The position numbers and the translations under genes were made by a program. Below the pieces are notes generated by a model. It worked only from the letters and a program-made list of their open reading frames with translations. It was not told the origin of the DNA and did no database searches. A stretch of DNA of 63,985 nt, the filler included, from Streblomastix strix (taxonomy: Eukaryota), in NCBI GenBank assembly GCA_008636045.1. It is 3 parts of 3 records of this genome, joined end to end, with 100 filler letters (N's around TTAATTAATTAA, not from the genome) between each part and the next. Parts side by side here need not be neighbours in the genome. Positions count along the whole stretch, not along the records: positions 1 to 21,355 come from SNRW01000375.1; 2 more parts are not named here. One strand, 5' to 3'. The first letter of the stretch is position 1; every line of letters begins with the position of its first letter. This document shows, piece by piece, positions 1 to 10,714 of this stretch.

Positions 1-1
1 T

Positions 2-433
2 CATAAAAAATATAACATAAATAAATATAAAGAAGTGGAACGCACCACCGCATAAGTTGAACCAGAAGAGGCTATATAAAAGCTTGCAGAAGAACAACCA
101 AGAAATATATATTTGTCTCATCCAAATTTAGAAGTTCAAAAGTTCGTGATTGATACGATTTGGCGCACCATTACCAAACGATAACGAGGCGATGATTTTG
201 TTTTCTCCTCTGATAACTTCATCAAATTTTGGGCACTAATTACTCAGAACGATGAAGATGATGTTGAAATAGTATTAGAGGAAGCCATTATTTAGCCGCA
301 TACTTGCATACCGAAAAAGCTAAAGAAGAAGGATTTGATTAGAGTATAGGATATTTTAATAAAAAACGTATCCGTTAAAGTTCTTGATAATGTGTTATTT
401 AATTCAATAGAAAAATTATATAGGGTAAATTGA
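2..433 (+). CDS. Hypothetical protein, 5'-truncated at contig edge
   Basis: Open frame with TAR=Gln from contig start to TGA 431-433 (...NSIEKLYRVN*). Confidence 0.65.
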
Positions 434-518
434 CATTTTATCCGTCTCAATGATACACCAGAGACTGAAATAAATGAAAATGATTTTTGAACGATAACAT
501 AAATTTATTTTTATATAA

Positions 519-1565
519 ATGGACTCCCCGATTTTAAGCGATTTATAAAATCTTGATGAGGATGATTTAGCATAAGAACAATAATAATTTCAACTATTGA
601 AATAATAATAGGACGAGTAAATGAAATAAATAAAATAAAAAAATCAATTAATGACAATCATTGATACGCAAACATTAAAATGGTTTTCTTATCTAGCTCA
701 ATTTTTTAAAAAAGCTGTTGGGTTCGTTAATCTTACCGCAAATTAAACTATTAAGGGAATCAAAACCTTTTTATCACCTATTTATGGAACTAAATTTATT
801 TTGACTGGTGGCACAAATAATTAAATTCTACTCGCTAATGGTGAAACATAAGATACAGGGGATTTTTTGCCTAGGGTAGCGCCTCATGCAATGCTTTAAA
901 TGATTATTGAACCCAATGATGATATACGCAACCAAGGCATAAGGATAATGAAAAATAAAGCGAATTGGGATAGTTTCGTATTGACGGTCTGCAACGCTGA
1001 CACCACAAATAAAGATGGAGTATGGAAAATGGGCTCAACGTCATCATAATTTAGGATATAAAAATAAGAAGATGATGCATATGATTATAAGGGGTTGATT
1101 ATTGATTTTGATTGCTCAACATTAAAATTCAACAACGAAGTTATAGCACCATTACCTATCCCACCTATCGAATATGCAATATATTAATCTATAGCCTATG
1201 GTATGTATGAATAATTAATTTGGGGCACTGTAAAATCATAAAAAGATCGAGTTTATATATCTGTGTAAATAACGCATTCAGATCCTAATACATTAACAGA
1301 ATCAGGATATACATTATTTTCTATCGTCAATAATGCCATAAAACCAAAATTTTCTGGCACTACGCATAATATACCCCTTAATGCTCTTATTTTTGTGGTA
1401 AAAGGTATTGGTTATCCAATTTTATGGAATGGTGCCGTTCCCATTGATTGCTTTATTAATCCCAACGGTAACGTAATAATAAATACAATGTGCCAGCTTC
1501 ATTTACCTGATGATTTTTGCGTATAAGTTTGCGATTCATACGCTGTTTATAATTAATCAGCTTGA
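519..1565 (+). CDS. Fibre-like structural protein (348 aa)
   Basis: ATG 519 to TGA 1563-1565 with TAR=Gln; N-terminal coiled coil, then VNLTANQTIKGIKTF...TGGTNNQILLANG motif resembling phage tail-fibre repeats and shared with 4861..6882. Confidence 0.7.
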
Positions 1566-1590
1566 AAAAATAATTTTTATTTTTAAATAA

Positions 1591-1716
1591 ATGGATGGCT
1601 TTATTGAGACAGTTATTTATGCCCTTGATTAATTAAATATAAATTGGCATGCTATATTTAAAACCATTTGGGAGGCAGCAATAAAATACGCATGCGAATC
1701 TAAAATTTGTAGGTGA
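1591..1716 (+). CDS. Small hypothetical protein (41 aa)
   Basis: MDGFIETVIYALDQLNINWHAIFKTIWEAAIKYACESKICR*; preceded by the element's TTTATTTTT...TAAATG motif. Confidence 0.5.
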
Positions 1717-1774
1717 AAATTAGGTGCTTTGCGGCTTTTTTTTGGCAAAAAAAAGTATTTTTATTTTTCTATAA

Positions 1775-1915
1775 ATGATTTTGGAAATAATAACCAGCAT
1801 ATCATTAATGATTATCGCTTGTAATAATTTGCTTGGGTGTATATTAATGATAGCATAAATAAAAATAAATAGTGAAGAAATTAGTGAAGAAGTTAGAAAT
1901 TCAATATATGGCTGA
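1775..1915 (+). CDS. Small hydrophobic protein (46 aa)
   Basis: MILEIITSISLMIIACNNLLGCILMIAQ...; preceded by TTTATTTTTCTATAAATG. Confidence 0.5.
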
Positions 1916-1931
1916 AAAATAATATTTTTAT

Positions 1932-3887
1932 TCATCCATTGCGGACCATTGAGCCACCCATCTCTCCAATCACCTCCAAACTAAGCACGTGCGGGTCGGG
2001 GTTATCATCAAACATTATCCTGACTATAGCATCACAAAGATAATGAGTAATCGGTGTCAGTCCAACCTCTACTGGATCAGGATATGCTCGTGTGCCGCTA
2101 AATTCGGCAAAAACGTTTTATTTTTATGTGGCGTTTATATCAGTGGTTTCGTTAATTTCTCGCACTAAATTACCATTTAAAATAACTTATATATTTGTTC
2201 TAGCACTAATTTTTGAAGAATTATAGCCTCGCATAAATGAATCATCAGTGGCGAGTTTCCACGCAAGCATAAATTTATTAGGGTATAATGTTTTAGTTTC
2301 TTTTGTCCCATGGTATAAAGTAGTTCGATAAAATATATTTGCTTACTTTGGATTGGCTACAGTTGCGCCGTTATATCCATAAAAGTATTTTTAATCGTCT
2401 GTATTAGCATTCTCGAAAGTAAGAGAATGATACAAATCAGAGGGGGCACTAACGACGTCCTAATCAACGAAACAATCAAACATTTAACCACATACGGCTT
2501 AAGTTAATGCTTCGTATGGTTATGGTATCACATGGCGCTAATCGATGACCAAATCGAAGTTGTGGAATAGGACAGGGAAAAACCACGTAGGATATTAAGG
2601 CATGGCGAAAGTCATAAACATAGCCTTTATGTTCGAGAATGACATAATACTTTATAGGCTGCCGCTTATGATACCAAAATTATTAAATGGAAAATTGGAA
2701 GATTACGACCTTATTACTTAAGTGAGGAAATTAATAATTTTTTGGTTTTGGATAAGTTAAATAATCGCGTCTTCATTTTCAATATTGAAACATACATTTT
2801 ATATCTCTAATTTTGTGAATGATGCATCTTTAATTTAGCTAATGGTGTTCTATGGAACTTTAGCATCAACAGCTGCACCTTATATATTAACAATTCGGGC
2901 GCTAAATTTACCATAACTATAAACATCCCCAGCTGTTGCAGCTTTTAATAAATAGATTATATCTGGCTTCTCTGGTGGAATCATTTAATAAGCCAAATGT
3001 CTATTTACTACTGTATCAGTTTTATTTAGCCATACAACCTTCAAATCTTGCAGGAAGTCCTACATCCAGAGCTATAAATATAATGATGCGTAATTTCTTG
3101 TCAAAACAGGAAATGAATTAAATATCGGGTTCAATTAATTTAAATCAAGAACACCACTAAAAACAATATCATCAGGAATTGGATAATACCATGCATTTGT
3201 TGCTGATCGTGTATTTATGTCGCTTAATGGCACGTCTATAAATACCCCACAATGACGCTTTCCCTATATGATGCTTTCTAGAGGTGAAACGCTGACAGAG
3301 TTATTAGTGCATAAATCACTTAATGAATTTGTACAAATTACGGCTTGCTCTCTTGCATAAATTGATGTATCCCATAATTTCGTGCTATCTTTACATATTG
3401 CAAATTAATTAAATGGGCCGCAAGTAGTGGAAAATCCTAACCAAAAACGCAAAACTTCAGTTAGTGCATAACCTTATGCCGCCTATGTCATATTGTCAGT
3501 TTGTTCAGCTGTGATTCCTACTTTTCCATTAAAATTAACAGCTGCACTTGCTGTTCCGTCGGTAGTAACGGCAGCCACAGGTACTTTATTCAATTATATT
3601 GCCAGTGTATTTTTAGGTATTTTTATAGTCCAATTTACCTAACAAGTTTAAACCATTGAACAAGTAGCCGATCCTCTTGCTGCTAGTGGAGCACGGGTAT
3701 ATTTTACTCCTCCAGATGTTAATTGAGTAAGCGGCTGGTCAAAAAATTCTTATTTTGATATGGTGAAAGATTACGGGTGAATGCTCATAGTTTTCAATAC
3801 CTCACCCATCGCCATATAGCCACTAATATAGTCCGAGTGTTGCATTTTCGCCAATTTACTTAAATAATCGCTTGCTGAGAATGACAT
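1932..3887 (-). CDS. Probable major capsid protein, double jelly-roll type (651 aa)
   Basis: Uninterrupted 652-codon frame (MSFSASDYLSKLAK...GGSMVRNG*) with TAR=Gln; beta-strand-like patterning, size and context near the packaging ATPase and fibres; function inferred. Confidence 0.65.
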
Positions 3888-3992
3888 TTTTAAATAAATA
3901 AAAATAAATAAAAAGCACTGGCAAGCATTCATTTTTATATTTTTATTTTAAACTAATTTTTTTTATTATTTATTTTTTTATCTGTCTATAAA

Positions 3993-4571
3993 ATGGCTGA
4001 ATAAATCAATGAAGTAAATTAATTTGTTCCATTAATTGTTGATACTAATTATGAAATATTGATTGAAGAGCCGCATACTATTAGACGCATACGAGATTAA
4101 TTTATACCTAAAATATTGTTTCATAAACCTTCTGGGTATTAACGGATAAAATTAAATGGATAAACACATTAATATCATCGAGTTATTGCAATATAATTTA
4201 TTCCAAATCCTGATGATTTGCCATAAATAGACCATATAAATTAAAACAAAGCAGATAATAGAATTGAAAATTTACGTTGGGCTTCTAGGTCATAAAATTA
4301 AATGAATAAATCAAGTTGCTAAAAAATTGAATATGAATATTTTGATGAGCTACCAGAAGCAACTTAACGGCTTGACTTATATAATGGGCATGATTTAGAA
4401 AATTATTGTTTTGATTAAGAATTCAATGTATATTTCAATAATGGGCTAAAATTTAGAAAATTAATTGTTCGCTTAAATGAAAATAAATATTTATATGTCA
4501 GTGCTTAAACTATTGAGCACAAAACAATTAGAGTTTATTTGGATAGATTACGAAATAATAATTATGAATGA
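3993..4571 (+). CDS. HNH endonuclease (192 aa)
   Basis: YHRVIAIQFIPNPDDLPQIDHINQNKADNRIENLRW matches the HNH homing-endonuclease pattern. Confidence 0.9.
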
Positions 4572-4605
4572 TTAGATGCTTTTTTATATTTTTATTATAA
4601 AGTAA

Positions 4606-4812
4606 ATGGGTTTTTTCTCAAAAATATCAAATTTCGGAAGCAAGATCCTAGGAGGCGTTACGAAAGCAGCCTAATGGATAGCGCCAACTCTCCATAAAGT
4701 ATTAAATACGGTGGCGGGCCCCGTCGGAATGATCCATCCGGGCATTGGGGCAGCGTTGGGCGCAGGTTCAAATCTTGCAGGGGCGGTAGATCGACTGGTA
4801 AATAAACGCTGA
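4606..4812 (+). CDS. Small amphipathic Gly/Ala-rich protein, candidate membrane-lytic virion peptide (68 aa)
   Basis: MGFFSKISNFGSKILGGVTKAAQWIAPTLHKVLNTVAGPVGMIHPGIGAALGAGSNLAGAVDRLVNKR*; GC-rich coding signal and TAAATG start. Confidence 0.7.
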
Positions 4813-4860
4813 CAAATTCATTTATGAATTGATTAATTAATTTATTTTTGTAGAAATAAA

Positions 4861-6882
4861 ATGCAAAGAAATAATCCCAGTCTTTCTTAATAATAGATCC
4901 GCGCAGTCCGTTAATTAATCACTAACGATATAGCTTATTATTTCCAATACTAGAAACGCGGCAGTTGTTCAGGTAGCGGGTAAATATAAAATGAAGATTA
5001 TTAATTATTTATAGATAATGATAACGCATTAGTTTATGCTGCCAATAATTAAATCATTGACGGCCAAGCTTCAGATTTTGCATTAATAATAGCCGCTGAT
5101 GGCTTGCTTACGGTAAAGAATTTAAAGGTTCTAAATTTTGATTTCGTCGCATAAATTAATCAATTAATTAATGAAGTAAATTAATTATAATCTACTGTCG
5201 GCACTATTGACTCTGATATTGTCGGGGTAAAAAATGGTATAATAGCCATTCAGTAAGAGCTTACACGATAATAGCATTTTAGAGGCTATTATTTATTGAA
5301 CACGGATATATAAACACTCCCTGATTCTGCTGATGGTGATTATGCATTCAGTGCCGAGAGTGGGACCGTATGGATGTATTCCGATAATTGGTATAATAGC
5401 GGCGATATTGTCCCTGATTAGGTAACGCCCGCAAGCGATACGGTGCTATTGGTTGATAGTGGCGCAGGTGTTGCAGGCATTAATACAGAATACGCTAGAG
5501 GGGACCATTAGCACCCCCTTTAAGTCAGCGAATAAATACCATCTAGAGATACAGGCACAGGAGCAGCGGGAACATCAACGGCATACTCTAGAGCCGACCA
5601 TTAGCATATTTTGAACACAGACCCAACTGTCGCAAATTTACCCCAAAAAGATACGGGAACAGGAAACAACGGAAATTTAGATTATTATGCTAGGTCAAAT
5701 CATGCGCATCCTCTTAATGTTGATCCAACTGTGGCAAATGTGCCACTGGTAAATGCTACTGCTACCGCTAATGGAACGAGTGATTTTTATAGTAGAAATG
5801 ACCATGTGCATCCTCAATAATTGACATATGACGGAAACATTACCGCAACCAAATTTATTAAGACTGGCGGATTAGCTGCCGAGGTGCTTTGTGCTAATGG
5901 AGATACAATAAACGGAGTGGTTGATTTAGCATCTAATTAAACCATTACAGGAATAAAAACATTTGATTCAATCAAAAAAACAAATGGAACGAATAATGAA
6001 ATTCTAATAGCTGATGGGACAACTAAAAAAGTAGTTTTAGCTTAACATAATTATTATGTATCAACTACAGAAAAATATATTAAATTATGTTAATTTATTC
6101 CATATAATTAATCAAATAATGTTTCGGTTGCATTTTACATTAATTGCAGATAGGCGTTTGGATTAATATAATTCAATTAAAATTATATCACTGATGGAAT
6201 TGGTCAATACACTTATCATTTTGAATCTAACACATTTTTAAAAAGAGCTTATATTTTATATTATGGGTCAGGAACTACAGGCTATGGTGAATTATGGTGT
6301 AATATGAACGCATGGAGTAATAGCGTTGATATACAATTAACGAGATAAAATACGTTTCCAGATTTGATATCAAATGTATTAAATAGTGATATGGTTGATG
6401 CTTTACCTACAGATTATACAACTAGGGTTTAATTATTTTCGAATATGTTTTAATCACCATTTTAAATTAATCCTTAAACTGGAAATTATAGTGAAGGTTT
6501 GCGAATTGCAAATACAACAAATAATTTATGCCTAATATCATTAGGATGTGATCCAAATACAACTTCTGGATACATAGATAAATAATGGTCAATATATAAA
6601 AAGGGTGATGGAACGCTAAATATTGTGCGAACAGCTGACTAAAATACATCTGGTAAAGGTTTATAAATATCTGCTGATGGAAATACATTAAGTTTCAACG
6701 GGTCAGTTATAGCTGGCGTAGGTGCTACGAATGGGGCTAGTAGTGGCTCAGTTTAATATTCAGCAGGAAATCCTATTTTATGGGGTGTAAATAGTGTAGG
6801 CACAGAAGGGGGATTTTATAGTAATGGAACTAATATATGCTGGCGTGCTCGTCCAATAACATTAGGGTCAGTTCCTCCGTGA
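4861..6882 (+). CDS. Tail-fibre-like protein with four HxH repeats (673 aa)
   Basis: 674-codon frame; repeats YARGDHQHP, YSRADHQHI, YARSNHAHP, YSRNDHVHP; NQTITGIKTF and NGTNNEILIADG motifs; includes ORF-track 5611..5820. Confidence 0.8.
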
Positions 6883-6908
6883 AAAGGATAATTTTATTTT
6901 TATATAAA

Positions 6909-7355
6909 ATGGATAAACCAATAAAACAGCTTTTTAATGAACTTGTTAAATGTCATTTTGAAAATGAGGATACGATAAGGGTAGCCATTGATGCACTAAA
7001 TAATTTACTTATCAAAGAAAGTAAAGAATAAATTCATCCACTTTTGAAAGAATTACAGAGGATAAATAAATAATTTCTAAATTTATAAAATAAATTGTAA
7101 AGCATAAAATAATATGTTGATGAGGAAGAATATAAAAACAAACTATTTAATGAACAGGAGAAATATTTTAAAAATAAATACAATTAAATAAAAAAATAAT
7201 TGGATTAAAATAATCAGCCACTATAAATAAAAAAATATATAATTTCCGAAGCTAATGAAACAGAGAAATAAATATACACTGACTTTATAAATGACGCATA
7301 AAATAGTAGCTTAGTCAATTATTACTAGCTTAATTTAACTTCATAAGCAAATTGA
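6909..7355 (+). CDS. Coiled-coil hypothetical protein (148 aa)
   Basis: MDKPIKQLFNELVK...LTSQAN*; TATAAAATG start context. Confidence 0.7.
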
Positions 7356-7563
7356 GATATTGAAAATATTTTATGATTTCATCGGTTTTATCACTTACGG
7401 GCTCAATGAATGTATAATGATTTTTGAATTGCTGATAGGTTTATTTTTCCTCATCAGTTAAAATATTTGGTTCAATTAATATCTCGAATATTTTAAATAT
7501 CTCGTAATCTGTTGCGTTATATTATAGGCCTATGTTTGTTGCTAATTAAAACAATTTATCCAT
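7315..7563 (-). CDS. Hypothetical protein (82 aa)
   Basis: MDKLFQLATNIGLQ...NQASNN*; TTTATTTTTATATAAATG start; 41-bp convergent overlap with 6909..7355. Confidence 0.6.
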
Positions 7564-7582
7564 TTATATAAAAATAAAATTT

Positions 7583-7945
7583 TCATATCCCGCATTATTC
7601 CTCTTCTGTTCTGGTTTCGTCAATATAGCTATTGATTGCTTCGCTGCTGGTTCCGTTGGCCTTCTTCTTATGATTCGATTATATGATTTGTTTTATGCTT
7701 ATTTTCTATTCATTATTATTTATGTCATTAACGAATATATACTTCTCGTTGTATTTCCCATATTATTTTAACTTCCTATAATATGTATAATCGGAATTTT
7801 TGGCTTTGGTTAATTAATAGAATTGCAGATTCCATAAACGGAGTTCATTAAATTATATGCCATTAATGGATTCGATTAGTTGCCCGTCTTTCTTTACTTG
7901 GTCTTGGCTAAGGTAGAATTCGAGTTTTTCAAATTGATTCGTCAT
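7583..7945 (-). CDS. Hypothetical protein (120 aa) resembling the C-terminal half of the HNH protein
   Basis: MTNQFEKLEFYLS...INGIQF...YRKL...YIFVNDINN...CGI*; TATAAAATG start. Confidence 0.65.
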
Positions 7946-7979
7946 TTTATATCAGATAAAAAAATAAAAAATAATAAAA

Positions 7980-8366
7980 TCAAACTTATTATTTATCTTG
8001 GGGCTAATTTAACATTTTCAAATATAATATATAACGGAAATGTTAAGCTAATTCAAAATCTTTATATGCTATTGCTTCGTTCAAAAATGCCTCAATTTAT
8101 TACTCCGTTAATTTATTCCAATGAATTATATTTTGTTTCTTATCCATTTTCCTTCTATAAAAAAATTATATTATATAAATTGTAATATTAAGGAGAACCA
8201 ATACTATATCCAAATACCCCCATAATTATTTGATTAAATTAACTGTATCCGTAAGCTTGTCAGGAATGGATACGGATAAAATAGATATAATAAAGTTGAA
8301 GCCATAAAACATATAATTCATCACTCCCATAATCAAATTCAAAATGTTGCATTAGCTTGGAAACAT
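7980..8366 (-). CDS. Putative membrane protein (128 aa)
   Basis: Two hydrophobic segments (ILNLIMGVMNYMFYGFNFIISILSV; LWGYLDIVLVLLNITIYIIQFFY) followed by RRK. Confidence 0.6.
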
Positions 8367-8382
8367 TTTAAACCTAATAAAA

Positions 8383-9399
8383 ATGACACTTTCAGATTTA
8401 CAAAATATATAATTTGCGAATTAGGATTTATTGAACGAATATAAAACACGGCCACTTACTAAAAATTCGTTGTTCCTCGTCAATGGAAACCATTATATTG
8501 TTGGAGCTGTTGGCTCAGGTAAAACAACGCTTATGTCTAAGCTGATTGTTATGTATAAAAAAATCATTGACCCCTATATTATTTATTTCTCTAATTTTGG
8601 AGCTGATGAAACTATGGCTTTAAATTTGAATAGTAAAGGAATATAAATAGTGAATATAACTTATGGCGAGGCTATGATTTTTTTGCCAGAGTTTGACGAG
8701 GTAAAATATAGCACTAAAGAAGTATATTCTTATTATAAGCTACGGGAATAAAATTTTGATTACAACAGCGATTTTATAAAGCGAATGAAAGAGAAATTAA
8801 TAGAAGCAAACCCAATAAAAAGAGATGAAAAACCATTAGTGTATATCGACCGAATGGCCGAACTATTTTAATCAACAATAATAGAGACCATAAATAAATA
8901 TTCATAACCTTTTGAAATATTGAGGTTCAAAGTTCCACCTATTATTTAGAATGTGAGCTATTAAAAGAAACTGAAAGTCATAGACGATAAATAAACAGCA
9001 GACATAAAAATATTAAAAATACCTATTCTAAAAGATGCCCAGCTATTGAATACTTTAATGCTTTTCGATGATATAGGATCCAACGCTGATATACAACGAT
9101 TTAGTAGTTCATTATCTAAGACCATCACCCATTTAGTCAGTGATTCACGCCATAGTAAAAATACAATATTTTTTATAGCTTAACGACCCAGTTATTTATT
9201 TAAGACAGCCCGCATACTATCGCACGTAATCGTAATTGGAGTTAATATAGGCGAGAGTGATTTAAAATAAGTTTATGAGGAGAATAGCGTATAAGGGTTG
9301 GATTTTGAAGAATTTTTATTATTATACGGCACATTAAATAAATATGAGTTTATGGTTTTAAACAAGTGGCTCGGTCTTTACGAAATACTTAGGAACTGA
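8383..9399 (+). CDS. A32/FtsK-HerA family viral DNA packaging ATPase (338 aa)
   Basis: Walker A GAVGSGKTT, Walker B MLFDD, arginine finger SRH, sensor FFIAQ (Q encoded by TAA 9181-9183); TGA 9397-9399. Confidence 0.92.
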
Positions 9400-9460
9400 G
9401 CCCACCAAAAAAATGGCAGGCTAATTGATGTAGGAAATTAATGAAGAAACCAATGCTTTT

Positions 9461-9646
9461 TGGGTCCGTGCTAAAAAGCTCGGGCTTAGTAATCAATGGT
9501 TTTTCATTTATGGTCTCCTATAGTAGGTCGAGGGTTGAATTGAAAATCGTAAAAAAATGGGTCCGCTCGAAATCGAGCGCACCGAGCAATCGATGGTTTT
9601 TCATTTATGGTCTCCTATAGTAGGTCGAGGGTTGAATTGAAAATCG
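9461..9646. repeat. Two direct repeats (97-bp period) with an identical 54-bp core and a variable palindromic segment
   Basis: atggtttttcatttatggtctcctatagtaggtcgagggttgaattgaaaatcg at 9496-9549 and 9593-9646, each preceded by tgggtccg plus a different hairpin; mirrored at 11710-11895. Confidence 0.9.
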
Positions 9647-9708
9647 ATGTCAAATAAAAATAAATAAACTTTATTTTTTTATTTTTTTACTTTTTATCTA
9701 ACTATAAA

Positions 9709-10518
9709 ATGGAACAAGTCAATACTACCGCCAAAATCTCAAACAACAATATTCGATTCATTGAAGGGTCTTATAATGGTTTAAAATTATTGATTAAAAC
9801 TGATGACCATTATATAAATGCAACGTTATTTTGTGAGTAGTATAATAAAAGATTTAGGAACTTATTAAGAAGTGAATTTTGGGCTAACTATTTAAAGGTC
9901 GAAACGAATGAATTGGAGCCCGCCCAATAAAAGGCATACTCATTAATGTATTAAATCAATAAAGGATTTGATAAGGAATATAAAGGCTATTATATCCATT
10001 AGAATCTAATTAATTATGTTGCTATGTGGGTTGAACCAAAATACGCTGTATATGTTCGTAAGATAATGGACAAAATAAACGAACGAGTTTAAGCAACATA
10101 TGACGAAACAGCAAGCATATAAGCATATGCAGAGGATACGATTAATTTGGTTATTGAAGAATTATAAGTAAAAAATAAATAGCTTTAATTTGAAAAATAA
10201 TAATTATAAAATCGAGTTGTTCCCCTTGATAAAGAAAACGATTATATTTTAGCGCTATAATTAATAGAAGAAAAAGAAGATAAAATTATATATAAGTTCC
10301 ACAGGAAACACAAAAACGGCTTCAAAGAAGATAAGACATACATAAAAATATATGATAATTTACCCGTGGCCGTTAGTGGAAACCATGAGATAATTAAATA
10401 AATTAGAACCAAATTTTAAAATATATCTATTCGTTATATTACTATGGAAGTTCAAAAGGAGGATAATGATAAGTTCTTAAATCAATTGGACGACCTAGTC
10501 AATACCTTATATAAATGA
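9709..10518 (+). CDS. KilA-N domain DNA-binding protein (269 aa)
   Basis: YINATLFCEQYNKRFRNLLRSEFW and KGYYIHQNLINYVAMWVEPKYAVYV match the KilA-N pattern; followed by a coiled coil. Confidence 0.9.
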
Positions 10519-10576
10519 ATTACTTTAATTTATTTTTGTAGGGGGTCGGCTCAAAAATGAGCTAACGGGTATAAAG

Positions 10577-10714
10577 TCAAAAATATCTACACAAAAGAAC
10601 GGCATTACTGGCGTCCATACTAAAGCAATTGTATTAAAAGACTAAAGCTGCTGTCCTTACATATTCGGTCTTAAAGCTAGTGATTATATAATTGACTCCG
10701 GTAATGATTATTGA
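10577..10714 (+). pseudogene. 3' end of a truncated gene, probably a Polinton-type family B DNA polymerase
   Basis: SKISTQKNGITGVHTKAIVLKDQSCCPYIFGLKASDYIIDSGNDY* with no start codon; resembles by eye the K..L....K..I......PY C-terminus of Polinton PolB. Confidence 0.55.

Noticed and set aside
1720..8185. ORF-track calls 1720..1935, 2936..3121, 6467..6688 and 7880..8185 (and mirrors)
   Set aside because: Antisense shadows of longer genes that appear once TAA/TAG are read as Gln
9461..9646. CRISPR-like array
   Set aside because: Only two units, 54-bp core, palindromes lie in the variable part, no cas genes, eukaryotic context
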